Positions 48,386-58,128 of a DNA stretch of 64,000 nt are shown piece by piece. The first letter of the stretch is position 1, and each line of letters opens with the position of its first letter. A program made the position numbers and the translations under genes. Source of the DNA: Nocardioides sp. (lineage in GTDB: Bacteria; Actinomycetota; Actinomycetes; Propionibacteriales; Nocardioidaceae); NCBI GenBank assembly GCA_036280235.1, contig DASURB010000024.1:15298-79297 (forward strand). Reading direction: 5' to 3'. The notes beneath the pieces are model-generated. The model saw only the letters and a list, made by a program, of their open reading frames with translations, did not search any database and was not told the DNA's origin.

Positions 48386-51145
48386 TCACAGGATGTGGTG
48401 CGACCTCGCGATGGTCAGGGCGTCGCTGCGCCGGGAGACGCCGAGCTTGGTGTAGAGGCTGGAGACGTGCGTCTTCACGGTGTTCGCGGAGACGAACAAC
48501 GTGGCGGCGATGTCGGCGTACGTCGCGCCGCGGGCCAGCTCGCCCAGAACCTCGCGTTCGCGCGGACTGAGCACCGGGCCGACGAGGGTGTGCTGCGGCT
48601 CGCGCTGCTCGTGCCGGAGCGGCGTCGAGAACTCCAGGCTGGAGATGACGTCGGCGTGGCCGGCCGTCAGCTCGGCGAGCTCATGCGTCCAGGCGGTGTC
48701 GCCCCGCGCGTCGAGACGGCGGAGCAGCCACTCCACCGGAGTGCCCAGACGCGACCAGCCGAGGAACGGGACGCCGTTGCGCCGCAGCTCGGTCATCGCC
48801 GCGGCCTCGCTCAGCCGGTCGAGCGCGCCGTCGGCGTCGCCGAGGGCGTCGAGCAGCTGCGCCGAGCAGGCCAGGGCCATGGCCCGGACCGGAGGCTGCA
48901 GACAGTTTGCCTCGCGGCCGGCCTCACTGAACGCGTCGAGCGCCGCCGTACGGTCGCCCTGGCAGTCCGCCCGGAGCCCGGCGACGAAGCGCTCCTCACC
49001 GACAGCGCCCAGTTCCGAGAGGTCGGCCCCGGCAGCCCGTAGCGCGTCAGGGTCGGCGGACATCGCCGCCAGCAGCGCCCGACCGACCAGCAGCCCGAGC
49101 CTCAGGTGCTGCGGGAGAGCCTCGTCGCGCAGCCGCGGGTCGTCGACCGGCGCATCGATGACGCTGCGCGCGGCGGCCATCGACCCCGACCACGCGGCCA
49201 GCAAGGCGTCGCGAACGCGCGACCAGTGGCGCACGGTCAGGTCACCGCCGCGGATGTGCCGGGCCGCCTCGCCGAACGGCGGGGACACCGGCACCTCTTT
49301 CCACGGCACCGCCACCGTGCCACCGAGGAAGAGCGCCAGCCCTGCCCTCGACGCCGCGAACTGAGGGCGCGCCGCGTCCTCCTCACCCAGGATGCCGAAG
49401 GCCTCGGTGGCCAGCCCGGCAGCGGCGCGGTCGTGGCCGGCCATGAACTCGGCCAGCGCCAGGTGGCTCATGGCGATGGCCGCCAGGGACGTGAGCCCAT
49501 GAGTCCGGCACAGGGACAGGGCGGACGCGAGGCACGCCCGGGCCTCGTCCAGCTCACCCAGCCAGACCAGCGCTGCGGCGAGCTCCACGAAAAGGACGGG
49601 CAGTGCCGAGGCGTCGGCGGCGGCGTCATCCGTGAGCTCCGGCTCCTCGCCAGACTCGGCCACGACTCGACGAGCCTGTTCGACCGCCGGCGAGACGGGC
49701 TCGAGGCCGAGCTCGGCGCGCCAGAGGTGCACGCAGGCCGTCTGGACCAGGCCCCGGTCGCCACCGGACACGATGCGCTCCGTCCAGCGCCGGAGTGCGT
49801 CCGCGTCGTCCGAGAGCCAGTGCGCCAGGGCGACCACGAACCAGGTCGCCGGATGCGCGTCCACCACCTCGGGATGGGTGCGCGCGACGGCGGCGATGTC
49901 CTCGCCGTGCCGTGGGTCCAGCAGCATGCGGACGCCGTCGCGAGCGAGGAAAGTGGCTGCCTCATCGTGCGCGTAGAGCCGCAACAGCCTGCGCAGGGCC
50001 TCCGGCGCGTATCCCCCGGCGCGGTCGAGCCTGACCGCGCGCGTCACCGCCGCGGTCGCTCGTACGACGTCGACGCTCTGCGTCGCGAGACGACGCCGCA
50101 CGACCTCTCGCATCAACGGGTGCACGACGAACCGGTCCTCGGCCGCACCGGCGCCGTACTCGCTCGGGAACTCCCCGTGGACGAGGTGCGACGTGGCCGC
50201 CGGGACGCGGGTCACCAGTAGGCCCGTCATCTCCAGCTCGTTCAGGACGTCCGCGGCGTTGGGGTCGTGGGACAGGTGCGCGGCCAGCCGGGCGGTGAAG
50301 GGCTGCTCGTCGCTGACGCAGAGCAGCAGGTGCCGCTGCGGGCTCGTCAGCGCCGAGAAGACCTCGCTGGCCACTTGGTCGGCGACCGGGACGGCGCCCT
50401 CCGCCAGCCGACGTACCGCCGCGGGCTGGGCGGACGAGCTGAACGCCCGGGCTGCCAGGACCAGGACGGCGCTCCAGCCCTGCCCGAGAGCGACGATCTC
50501 CCGCACGACCTCGGGGTCGGGGTCCCGCAGATGTGCCGCCACGAGCGCCGTCGCCTCCGCGTCGGACATCCGGAGCAGGTCGCCACGGATCACCGTGAGG
50601 AAGCCCAGCAGCTCCGGAACGATCCGGGTGAGCGGGATGTCCTTCCGGCTGACGAGGAGCAGGCGCATCGACGTCGGTTGGTGCAGCAGGCGCTTGTCCA
50701 CCAGCCGCACGCTCGCCGAGGGCAGCTCGTCGGCTCCGTCGATCACGACCAGCCGCGGCAGCCTTCTCGCGGACGGCCCGGGACCGACCCCCTGCGCCGC
50801 GCGGTCCAGAACGGCCTCGAGTCGCGAGGGCGTGAGGTCAGCGTCGGCCTGCAGCCAGACCGCACCGTCGAGGTGGTGTCCGCGGTCGCGCACCCAGCCG
50901 GCGATGCCCAGGGTCTTGCCGGCGCCGGTGGGGCCGGTCACCACGGTCACGCCCAGTCGAGTGACCTCGTCGAGCCGGTCCCAGAGCCGGTCCCGGGGTA
51001 CGTAGCGGCGCGGCGGGACCGGCATGGTGCCGCTGCGCTGCCACGGAATGCTGCGGCGACCGCCGAGCGTTCCTCTGGCCAGGACCTCGCGCGCGCGACG
51101 TCGGACGTCGGCGGCGTCCACGATCGAGTCTCCGGTCTTCGCCAT
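48386..51145 (-). CDS. MalT-like large ATP-binding LuxR regulator (paralog 1)
   Basis: YVPRDRL, Walker A GPTGAGKT, LVVID, C-terminal LSPREREVL..SANTVKTHVSSLYTKLGV. Confidence 0.9.
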   Translation of the reverse strand: MAKTGDSIVDAADVRRRAREVLARGTLGGRRSIPWQRSGTMPVPPRRYVPRDRLWDRLDEVTRLGVTVVTGPTGAGKTLGIAGWVRDRGHHLDGAVWLQADADLTPSRLEAVLDRAAQGVGPGPSARRLPRLVVIDGADELPSASVRLVDKRLLHQPTSMRLLLVSRKDIPLTRIVPELLGFLTVIRGDLLRMSDAEATALVAAHLRDPDPEVVREIVALGQGWSAVLVLAARAFSSSAQPAAVRRLAEGAVPVADQVASEVFSALTSPQRHLLLCVSDEQPFTARLAAHLSHDPNAADVLNELEMTGLLVTRVPAATSHLVHGEFPSEYGAGAAEDRFVVHPLMREVVRRRLATQSVDVVRATAAVTRAVRLDRAGGYAPEALRRLLRLYAHDEAATFLARDGVRMLLDPRHGEDIAAVARTHPEVVDAHPATWFVVALAHWLSDDADALRRWTERIVSGGDRGLVQTACVHLWRAELGLEPVSPAVEQARRVVAESGEEPELTDDAAADASALPVLFVELAAALVWLGELDEARACLASALSLCRTHGLTSLAAIAMSHLALAEFMAGHDRAAAGLATEAFGILGEEDAARPQFAASRAGLALFLGGTVAVPWKEVPVSPPFGEAARHIRGGDLTVRHWSRVRDALLAAWSGSMAAARSVIDAPVDDPRLRDEALPQHLRLGLLVGRALLAAMSADPDALRAAGADLSELGAVGEERFVAGLRADCQGDRTAALDAFSEAGREANCLQPPVRAMALACSAQLLDALGDADGALDRLSEAAAMTELRRNGVPFLGWSRLGTPVEWLLRRLDARGDTAWTHELAELTAGHADVISSLEFSTPLRHEQREPQHTLVGPVLSPREREVLGELARGATYADIAATLFVSANTVKTHVSSLYTKLGVSRRSDALTIARSHHIL

Positions 51146-51282
51146 CTGGGCCTCCGCTCGGTCGGGTGCGGCTGCCTCCCGAGTCGGACGCAACGTATCG
51201 ACCACATGTCGGCGGACGACGGAGCACGGCATGCCATTCGCGCGGACCGGGGGACAGTCGGAGCGTCCTGACCAGCGTGCGC

Positions 51283-51318
51283 TCACCCTCGTCGGGTGAC
51301 TTCACCCGATTCGGGTCA
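51283..51318. promoter_or_regulatory. Two tandem 17-bp palindromic sites upstream of regulator 1
   Basis: TCACCCTCGTCGGGTGA (51283-51299) and TCACCCGATTCGGGTCA (51302-51318); minus-strand GACTGT 23 bp away. Confidence 0.75.
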
Positions 51319-51373
51319 CGGGTGCTGAGGGCACGTGGCGAGAGGCCCACGGCGAGCCGGGCGCGACCCGAGG

Positions 51374-51871
51374 TCAACCTTCCTCGAACACCAGCCGCAG
51401 CGCGGCCTCCTGCTCCTCGGACAGGTTGGTGTAGATGAGCTCGGCCGGCGCCTGGGCGGCGAAGACGCTCTCGACCCGGTCGAGGACGGCGTCGGACGTG
51501 AGGATGAAGAGCGCCGACGTACCCGGGGTGACCTTGTCGCGGACCTTGTTGATGAAGTGGTCGTCGATGCCGATGTCGGCCATGGACCCGGCGAAGGCCC
51601 CGGCCGCGGCGCCCACCGCGGCTCCCAGCAGCGGGACGAAGAAGATCAGGCCGAAGAGCATGCCCCAGAAGGCACCTCCGACTGCGGCGGTGGAGGTCGC
51701 CGGAGTGCCCTGCTTGGTCGTCGGCCGCTTCTTGCCTCGCTCCCAGGACACGGTGGCGTAGTCCAGGACGACCAGGAGGTTCTCGCGCTGCAGGTCCTCC
51801 ACGGCCTTCACCGCGTTGCGGGCGCCGTCGGGGGTGTCGAACTTCCAGACGGTGAGGGTCGACTGAGGCAT
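51374..51871 (-). CDS. DUF1269 family membrane protein
   Basis: LTVWKF, GAFWGMLFGLIFFVP glycine zipper, GIDDHFI, PGTSALF, TNLSEEQE. Confidence 0.88.
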   Translation of the reverse strand: MPQSTLTVWKFDTPDGARNAVKAVEDLQRENLLVVLDYATVSWERGKKRPTTKQGTPATSTAAVGGAFWGMLFGLIFFVPLLGAAVGAAAGAFAGSMADIGIDDHFINKVRDKVTPGTSALFILTSDAVLDRVESVFAAQAPAELIYTNLSEEQEAALRLVFEEG

Positions 51872-51950
51872 GGACGAGCTCCTTCGGTGGTGCCCTGACA
51901 TGGCCGATGCCCTGGTGCCTCGACAGTCCGGGCGCGCACCGGTGGACACC

Positions 51951-52025
51951 TCCCCCGATCCCGGTGAACGGCGGTGGCGGGGTCCAGGCCGTGCGAAGGC
52001 CGCTCTGGCCACCCGGATTCGGTGA
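51951..52025. promoter_or_regulatory. Two 17-bp sites serving divergent promoters
   Basis: TCCCCCGATCCCGGTGA (51951; GACTGT 22 bp away on minus strand) and CCACCCGGATTCGGTGA (52009; TACCTT 22 bp away on plus strand). Confidence 0.7.
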
Positions 52026-52087
52026 GTCCCTGCGGTTGCGGGCGCCGTACCTTCCGGGCACGCGGCGACGACGAAGGGACTGCACAC

Positions 52088-52291
52088 ATGGCGAGCGTGC
52101 TGATTCAGGTCGATGCGGCGCTCTCCGACGAGCTCGCGGGCGCCTTCCCACGGATGGTCGCGCGACGCCATGGGCCGTCCACGACCTTGATCGGCCAGGT
52201 CGCCGACCAGCAGGAGATGCTCGGCGTCATGGACCTGCTGGTGTCCATGGGCATCGACATCCTGGTGCTGCTCAACATCCCGGACGAATGA
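52088..52291 (+). CDS. Small (67 aa) hypothetical protein
   Basis: STTLIGQVADQQEMLGVM..L..MGI pattern; GAAGGG RBS. Confidence 0.7.
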   Translation: MASVLIQVDAALSDELAGAFPRMVARRHGPSTTLIGQVADQQEMLGVMDLLVSMGIDILVLLNIPDE

Positions 52292-52343
52292 GGAGCGGGA
52301 CCGGCACGCACCTCGCGCGGCCGCCGGTCCCGGCCGGAGACCG

Positions 52344-53228
52344 ATGAGCACCCCGATCGCCACGCGGCTGACCGCCTGGTGGCACCGCCAGCACGAGGAG
52401 CATCCGCGGCTGACGAAGTGGCTGCAGCCGGTCATCGACGTGTGGTCCGAGCTCACCCGGGTCGAGCTGGTCGACCGGTCGCTGGCCCTCGGAGCACAGG
52501 CCCTGCTGGCCGTGATCCCGCTGCTCATGCTGCTCCATGCCGCAGCCGGCGTCGGGACGATCGACGTGGCGCAGGTGCACCAGGTCACCGGGGTCTCGGA
52601 GTCGGAGCTCGACGTGCTGGCGAGGGGACTCAGCGGAGCGACACCCGACACCAGCGCGCTCAGCGTCGTGGTCGCGATCGTGTCCGGCACGAGCTTCTCG
52701 AGAGCGCTGCAGCGGATGTACGCCCGGGTCTGGGACCTGCCCACGTTCAGTGGCGTGCGGGCCCTGCGAGGCAGCCTCATCTGGCTGATCGTCTGGATCC
52801 TCCTGTTGCAGGGCGTGGCCGGCGCGGTTCGCTGGTCTGCGGGAGCCCCCCTCGCGAGCCTCACCCTCCAGCTCGTGGCCACGACCGTGATCTGGTGGTG
52901 GACGGCCTACCTGCTCCTCGGCGGCCGCGTGGGGTGGCGTGAGCTGCTGCCGGGGGGCTTCGCCACGGGGGCGCTCCTGGTGCTGCTCAGCCGGGCCTCC
53001 CACCTCTTCATGCCGGTCTTCGCCCGCGCCAACCTCGAGCAGTTCGGGCCACTCGGCATCGTCTTCGCCCTGGCGTCGTGGCTGGTGATGTTCGGTGGCG
53101 TCCTGATCGTCGCCACTGTGCTCGGACGCTTCGTCAGCCGCCTCCTCGCCCGGGGTGGCCCGGAGGAGACCGCGGGCGTCGGCGACCTGCCCGCGCGACC
53201 GGGCCGACGGCTCATCCAGGACGGGTGA
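52344..53228 (+). CDS. YihY/YhjD/BrkB family membrane protein
   Basis: SRALQRMYARVW, LLPGG, QFGPLGIVF; 6 TM. Confidence 0.82.
   Translation: MSTPIATRLTAWWHRQHEEHPRLTKWLQPVIDVWSELTRVELVDRSLALGAQALLAVIPLLMLLHAAAGVGTIDVAQVHQVTGVSESELDVLARGLSGATPDTSALSVVVAIVSGTSFSRALQRMYARVWDLPTFSGVRALRGSLIWLIVWILLLQGVAGAVRWSAGAPLASLTLQLVATTVIWWWTAYLLLGGRVGWRELLPGGFATGALLVLLSRASHLFMPVFARANLEQFGPLGIVFALASWLVMFGGVLIVATVLGRFVSRLLARGGPEETAGVGDLPARPGRRLIQDG
53212..53228 (+). promoter_or_regulatory. 17-bp site upstream of DUF6325 gene
   Basis: TCATCCAGGACGGGTGA; CATCGT hexamer 22 bp downstream. Confidence 0.65.
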
Positions 53229-53317
53229 AGCGACGGCGCCAGAGGCCGAGCATCGTCGGTCACGACCACGCGGCTGCCGCGACGTGGCAGTCGACCATTC
53301 CCGTGAGAGGAGACCTC

Positions 53318-53782
53318 ATGGCAGAGCAAGCCAGCAGCCACGTCCCGGACGTGCACGGGCCTGTCGACTACGTGCTCATCCAGTTCCCGATGGACAAGCT
53401 CACCGGACAGGTGGCACCCCGCCTGATCGAGCTCGTCGAGGACGGGATCATCCGGATCTACGACCTGCTCGTCATCAGCAAGTCGGAGTCGGGCGCGGTC
53501 GAGGCCGTCGAGCTCCGCGACTCGCCCGTCGCGAGGGACTTCCAGTACTTCGCCGGCGCGAGCTCAGGACTGCTGGGCGACGAGGACATGCGTGAGGCGG
53601 CGGACGCGATGGATCCTGGCACGGTCGCCGCGCTCGTGGTCTACGAGAACAGCTGGGCCGTCCCGTTCGTCGGTGCCGCGCGCGCCTCCGGTGGTGACGT
53701 CATCGCCAGTGGGCGGATCCCCGCCACGGTGGTGATGGAGGCGCTCGACGCCCTCGAGCAGGCCGCGCCGGCACCGGCCTGA
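53318..53782 (+). CDS. DUF6325 (DUF1269-like) protein
   Basis: GPVDYVLIQFP, IRIYDLL, VYENSWA, GRIP; AGGAG RBS. Confidence 0.85.
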   Translation: MAEQASSHVPDVHGPVDYVLIQFPMDKLTGQVAPRLIELVEDGIIRIYDLLVISKSESGAVEAVELRDSPVARDFQYFAGASSGLLGDEDMREAADAMDPGTVAALVVYENSWAVPFVGAARASGGDVIASGRIPATVVMEALDALEQAAPAPA

Positions 53783-53820
53783 GGCGCCTCACGGCACGAC
53801 AACGGACGACGGAGCACGAC

Positions 53821-54444
53821 ATGGTCTCTGACGAGGCAACGGCGGCATCCCGGTCGGCTCGAGACGCCCTGGCGCGGAGCTGGGCTCTCGTGCTCGGCGT
53901 CGGCGTGGTCACGTTCCTCCTGGGCGTGACCCTGGCGGTCTGGCCGCGTGAGACCGCCAAGGTCCTCGCGATCCTGCTGGGCCTCCAGCTGGTCGTCTCG
54001 GGCATCGCCCAGATCGGGATGGCGCTCTCGTCGTCCGGTGAGAAGGCCGGACGCTGGCTGCTGGCGATCTCCGGCGCGGTGGCGTTGGTCGTCGGCGCCC
54101 TGCTCCTGTTCAGCCCGCGGCAGACGCTGACGTTCGTCGCGTTGACCGTGGGCATCTGCGTCATGGTCACGGGCGCGGCCGACATGCTCGATGCCCTCCT
54201 GTCCGGCCGCGCTCGCCGACGCTGGTGGCACGTCCTTCGCGGCGCCCTCACGTTCGTGTTCGGCGTGCTTCTCGTCGCGAACCCGGACGTCTCCTTGGCG
54301 CTTCTCGCCCTGATCGCCTGCGTGTGGCTGATCTGCTACGGCTTCCTCACCGTCGTCGCGGCGCTGTTGCTCCGCACGGAGCACGAGCGCGCCCACGACA
54401 CGGGGGTCGAGGGCGGCCCCCTGCCCCCGCGGGCCACGAGGTGA
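53821..54444 (+). CDS. HdeD/DUF308 family membrane protein
   Basis: 6 TM, duplicated G....(W/N)P pattern. Confidence 0.78.
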   Translation: MVSDEATAASRSARDALARSWALVLGVGVVTFLLGVTLAVWPRETAKVLAILLGLQLVVSGIAQIGMALSSSGEKAGRWLLAISGAVALVVGALLLFSPRQTLTFVALTVGICVMVTGAADMLDALLSGRARRRWWHVLRGALTFVFGVLLVANPDVSLALLALIACVWLICYGFLTVVAALLLRTEHERAHDTGVEGGPLPPRATR

Positions 54445-54522
54445 CGGCCCTGAGGGGGCAGCGGGGGCAGCGGGACCCGGCGCGTGGCCCAGCCCCGCGC
54501 GCCCCGTCGTACTCGTGCGTGG

Positions 54523-54933
54523 CTACTTGTTCAGCGTCCTGGCGAGCGACCAGATCACGATGCCGTCGATGACGATGACGACGATCGACCACAGCGGCTG
54601 GATCGGCATCGTCATGAAGTGCACGAAGGCCGAACCGACGGCCATCAGGATGCCGATGAACATCGCCCAGGCCTGGTGGCTCAGGATCGCGATCGCCACG
54701 ACCAGCCCAACGAGTCCCATGATCAGGTGGAGCCATCCCCAGGTGGTCAGGCTGAGCTGGAACACGTAGCCGGGCGTGGCGATGTAGATGTCGTCCCGGA
54801 GGACGGCCGAGATGCCCGCGATGAACTGGAAGGCCCCTGCCAGTCCGAGCATGAGGCCCGCGAAGAGCGGTACGTCGTAGTCCCAGCCGGCATCGGAAAC
54901 CTGCGTCACGTTGTACGGCTGCTCGTAGGCCAT
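54523..54933 (-). CDS. DUF7144-like 4-TM membrane protein
   Basis: FAGLM..G.FQ..GI, TTWGWLHL, QPLWSIVVI. Confidence 0.78.
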   Translation of the reverse strand: MAYEQPYNVTQVSDAGWDYDVPLFAGLMLGLAGAFQFIAGISAVLRDDIYIATPGYVFQLSLTTWGWLHLIMGLVGLVVAIAILSHQAWAMFIGILMAVGSAFVHFMTMPIQPLWSIVVIVIDGIVIWSLARTLNK

Positions 54934-55032
54934 GAGCTGTCCCTCCTGTGCAGTCCCGCTCCGAAGTCATGGGCGGCACGTCGATCACGCCGGCCGACTC
55001 GTCAGCGTGCGGCCTCCATCGGGGTGGGGACC

Positions 55033-55049
55033 TCACCCGAACCGGGCGG
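55033..55049 (-). promoter_or_regulatory. 17-bp site upstream of DUF7144-like gene
   Basis: TCACCCGAACCGGGCGG; minus-strand CACGCT 23 bp away. Confidence 0.55.
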
Positions 55050-55193
55050 TAGTCAGTCCGGGTGGTTCGGAAAACGACCCACGCGCTTCGACCCGAATGC
55101 GAGGTTTCGGCGGTAGCGCTCGCTGCATGATTCAGGTGCCGGCTGATGCGGGGCGGCGAGGGGGCAGCAGCGTGGCAGGAGGGTCGATCGTCC

Positions 55194-57791
55194 GTGACAT
55201 CTCCCTTCCCGCTGCCCCCGGGCTACGTCCCGCGCGAGCGGTTGTGGGACCGACTCGACCGGACCGCACGTGCTCCACTCACCGAGGTCGTCGCCCCGCC
55301 CGGCGCGGGGAAGACGCTGGGGGTGGCCGGATGGTTCCAGCACGTCGATCTCGGGAGCCGGGCGTCATGGGTGGACGCCACGGTCGAGCTGACGATCGAG
55401 GACCTCGACCGAGCCTTGACCGGCTTGGACACCGGTGACGCTCCTCGCCTGCTCGTGGTCGACGACGCACACGCGCTCACGCGGCAGGCTCTGCACCACC
55501 TCGCGACTCAGGCTCTGCAGAGGCCGCACCGCGTCCGGGTGGTGCTGCTCAGCCGATGGGACCTCCCGCTCGCCGACCTGCGGGCCGAGCTCCGGGGCGA
55601 CCTGGCGGTCCTTCGTGGCGACCTGCTGCGGCTCGACGAGCAAGAGCTCACGGTGCTCGTGCGCCGGCACTCCCACACCGACCCGAGGACCGACTCACGG
55701 GAGGTCGTCGAGCTCATCGCCGACTGGTCGCGGGGCTGGTGCGCCCCGGCGGTGCTGGCCGCACAGGCCGTCGGGGCCAGTGCCGACGCCGTGTCAGCCG
55801 CGCGCCGGTACACGCGATCCAGCGCGGTGCCGCGCGACCTCACCAGCGACCTCTACTCGTCCCTGACGGTCCCCCAGCGGCAGGTCCTGCTGTGCCTGGC
55901 CGGTGACACCCGCGTCTCGGCGTCCCAGGCCCGCCATCTGAGCCGGGTCTCTCACGCAGGGAGCGTGCTGGAGGAGCTGGCCTCGACCGGCCTGCTGGCC
56001 CGGCGGGCGGCACCTCCGCCGTCGGCGAGCCGAGAGCGCGAGCAGGAGCTGGAGTACCTGCTCCACCCGGTGCTGGTCGAGACGGCGCGCCGCCGGCTCA
56101 CCGACGGCGGTGGCGACGTGCTGCGCGCCCGGACGACGCTGCGGGACGTCGTCGACCTCGACATCGGACGGGGCGTGCTCCCAGGCGCCCTGCACAGGCT
56201 CGTGGCCGTCGGCGACATCGAGGCCGCCTCCCAGGTCCTCACCCGGCACGGCCTGCTGCTCGTGCTCGCCGGCCCGGACGGTGACATCGACCGTCTGCTC
56301 CGCGACCACCCGCGCGAGGTCGAGTCGCGGCCGAGTGGCTGGCTGGCCGTCGCGTCACACCTCTGGCTGGCCGACGACGTACCCGCGACCGAAGCCTGGC
56401 TCGAGCGGCTCGAGGCCTGGCACCTCGACCGGGACCGTCCGGTCGCGGTCGACGCCGCGGCGGCGAAGGAGGCCGCCCTCGAGCGCCTGTGCGTCCAGCT
56501 GATGCGGGCGCTGCTCGGCAATGCCTCCCTCTCCGACGCGGCGCTGCGGGGCAGGGAGCTGGTGCGAGTCAGCGACCCGGACCAGCGACCGGATGTTCCC
56601 GTCCTCTGGCTGGCGCAGCTCCTGCACGGAGTCGCAGCGCTCCAGCTGGGACGCCTGCCCGAAGCCGAGACCTCGCTGTCGCGGGCGGCGCACCATGGCC
56701 GGACCCGCCGACTCCCCCTTCTGCGCGCCAGGGCCGTCTCCGCACTCGCGATCGTGGCGATCCTCCAGGGCCGCGAGCACGTCGCGCTGGAGCTGACCTC
56801 GCACCTGTCGTACGTCGAGGCCCGCAGGGCTCATCGATCCGCACTCCTCGCCCGGCACTTCGCGCACGTGCAGGCGCGGGTCGACGTCGACGACATGCGT
56901 CCCTTGCTGGCTCGACGTCCCGGCATCGACGCGCTGCATGAAGGCGATCTCGTGGCGAGCGTGCTGACGCGCGTCCACGACGCTCGGGTGCATCTCCTCC
57001 GCGGCGACGTCGCCGCGGCCGAGCGAGCTCTCGATGCCGAGCAGGTGCTCCTCGACCTCCCGCTACGTCTCCAGGTGCTGGTGACGCTCGAGCGTGCGCT
57101 CCACGCCGGGGTCGCACTCGACCGGGACCGGCTCGACTCGCTCGCCAAGGAGCTCGACGCGTGTGGCGCCCTCGGAGAGGCCGCGTTCGTCGAGGCCCTG
57201 GCGGCCGAGGCCAGAGCGGACGACGGCAAGGCCATCGAGCTCTGTGCCCGAGCGGTCGACTCGGCGAGGTGCGCCCAGCCACCGGTCGCCGCGATGGCGC
57301 TCGTCGTCAGCAGCCAGCTGCTCGACGCGAACGGCCGCCGACCGGAGGCTCAGGAGGCCTTGGTCAGGGCCTTGAGCGCGATGGAGGTCCGACGCAGCGC
57401 ACTGCCGTTCCTCGGGTGGTCGCGCAGGGGCACCAGCGTGGTCAGTCTGCTCGACACCCTGCCGCCGTCGACGACGACCGTGTGGGCGAAGTGGCTCCTG
57501 CTCCACCTGGCCGAACGCGAGGGCGGGATCTTCGCGGTCACCGGCCCGTCCGTCGCGACGCCCGCAGAGCAGGAGTCCCAGCACCTCGGCGTCGACGGGC
57601 CGCCGCTGAGCCCGCGCGAACGAGACGTGCTCTACATGCTCGCCCGAGGCGCGACCTACGCCGACATCGCGAGGAGTCTCGACCTGAGCGAGAACACGGT
57701 CAAGCGGCACGTCTCCTCGCTCTACTCCAAGCTGGGAGTGCGGCGGCGCAGTGACGCCTTGGCGGTCGCCCGGGCGAAGCATTTTCTGTGA
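55194..57791 (+). CDS. MalT-like large ATP-binding LuxR regulator (paralog 2)
   Basis: YVPRERL, APPGAGKT, LLVVDDAH, C-terminal LSPRERDVL..SENTVKRHVSSLYSKLGV. Confidence 0.9.
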   Translation: MTSPFPLPPGYVPRERLWDRLDRTARAPLTEVVAPPGAGKTLGVAGWFQHVDLGSRASWVDATVELTIEDLDRALTGLDTGDAPRLLVVDDAHALTRQALHHLATQALQRPHRVRVVLLSRWDLPLADLRAELRGDLAVLRGDLLRLDEQELTVLVRRHSHTDPRTDSREVVELIADWSRGWCAPAVLAAQAVGASADAVSAARRYTRSSAVPRDLTSDLYSSLTVPQRQVLLCLAGDTRVSASQARHLSRVSHAGSVLEELASTGLLARRAAPPPSASREREQELEYLLHPVLVETARRRLTDGGGDVLRARTTLRDVVDLDIGRGVLPGALHRLVAVGDIEAASQVLTRHGLLLVLAGPDGDIDRLLRDHPREVESRPSGWLAVASHLWLADDVPATEAWLERLEAWHLDRDRPVAVDAAAAKEAALERLCVQLMRALLGNASLSDAALRGRELVRVSDPDQRPDVPVLWLAQLLHGVAALQLGRLPEAETSLSRAAHHGRTRRLPLLRARAVSALAIVAILQGREHVALELTSHLSYVEARRAHRSALLARHFAHVQARVDVDDMRPLLARRPGIDALHEGDLVASVLTRVHDARVHLLRGDVAAAERALDAEQVLLDLPLRLQVLVTLERALHAGVALDRDRLDSLAKELDACGALGEAAFVEALAAEARADDGKAIELCARAVDSARCAQPPVAAMALVVSSQLLDANGRRPEAQEALVRALSAMEVRRSALPFLGWSRRGTSVVSLLDTLPPSTTTVWAKWLLLHLAEREGGIFAVTGPSVATPAEQESQHLGVDGPPLSPRERDVLYMLARGATYADIARSLDLSENTVKRHVSSLYSKLGVRRRSDALAVARAKHFL

Positions 57792-57810
57792 ATGCCTTTG
57801 CGGTTCGAGA

Positions 57811-57835
57811 GGTGGTCTCGACAAGCTCGCCCACC
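57811..57835. repeat. REP-like palindrome, family B copy 2
   Basis: GGTGGTCTCGACAAGCTCGCCCACC. Confidence 0.6.
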
Positions 57836-57863
57836 CGGCAGCTGCACCACCCGACCGCGAGTG

Positions 57864-58028
57864 TCAGAAGGACGCGAGTGACGCGCTGCGGGCGAGCAGG
57901 AGAAGCAGGCCACCGACGACGATCGAGACCACGGCGATGAGGCCGGCCAGTGCCAGGAGGCCCCCCATCAAGGCCCGGCCGAGCGTCGGCTGCAACCGAT
58001 GGGGGACGTGACGGACGGTGGTCGCCAT
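57864..58028 (-). CDS. 54-aa single-TM small protein (not in ORF track)
   Basis: MATTVRHVPHRLQPTLGRALMGGLLALAGLIAVVSIVVGGLLLLLARSASLASF; GGAGG RBS; own 17-bp site. Confidence 0.65.
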   Translation of the reverse strand: MATTVRHVPHRLQPTLGRALMGGLLALAGLIAVVSIVVGGLLLLLARSASLASF

Positions 58029-58080
58029 GGTCGGTCCCTCCCTCTGCCACTCAGCCTGAGGAGAGGAACGTCGTCGCGTA

Positions 58081-58097
58081 TCCCCTGATACGGACGA
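58081..58097 (-). promoter_or_regulatory. 17-bp site upstream of the 54-aa ORF
   Basis: TCCCCTGATACGGACGA; minus-strand CAGGCT 22 bp away. Confidence 0.55.
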
Positions 58098-58128
58098 CCC
58101 CTGGATCTGTCCGTCATGACGCCGCTAG

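Noticed and set aside
55086-55131. Regulon site upstream of regulator 2
   Set aside because: A CATGAT hexamer exists at 55126 but the sequence at the expected spacing matches the palindrome poorly
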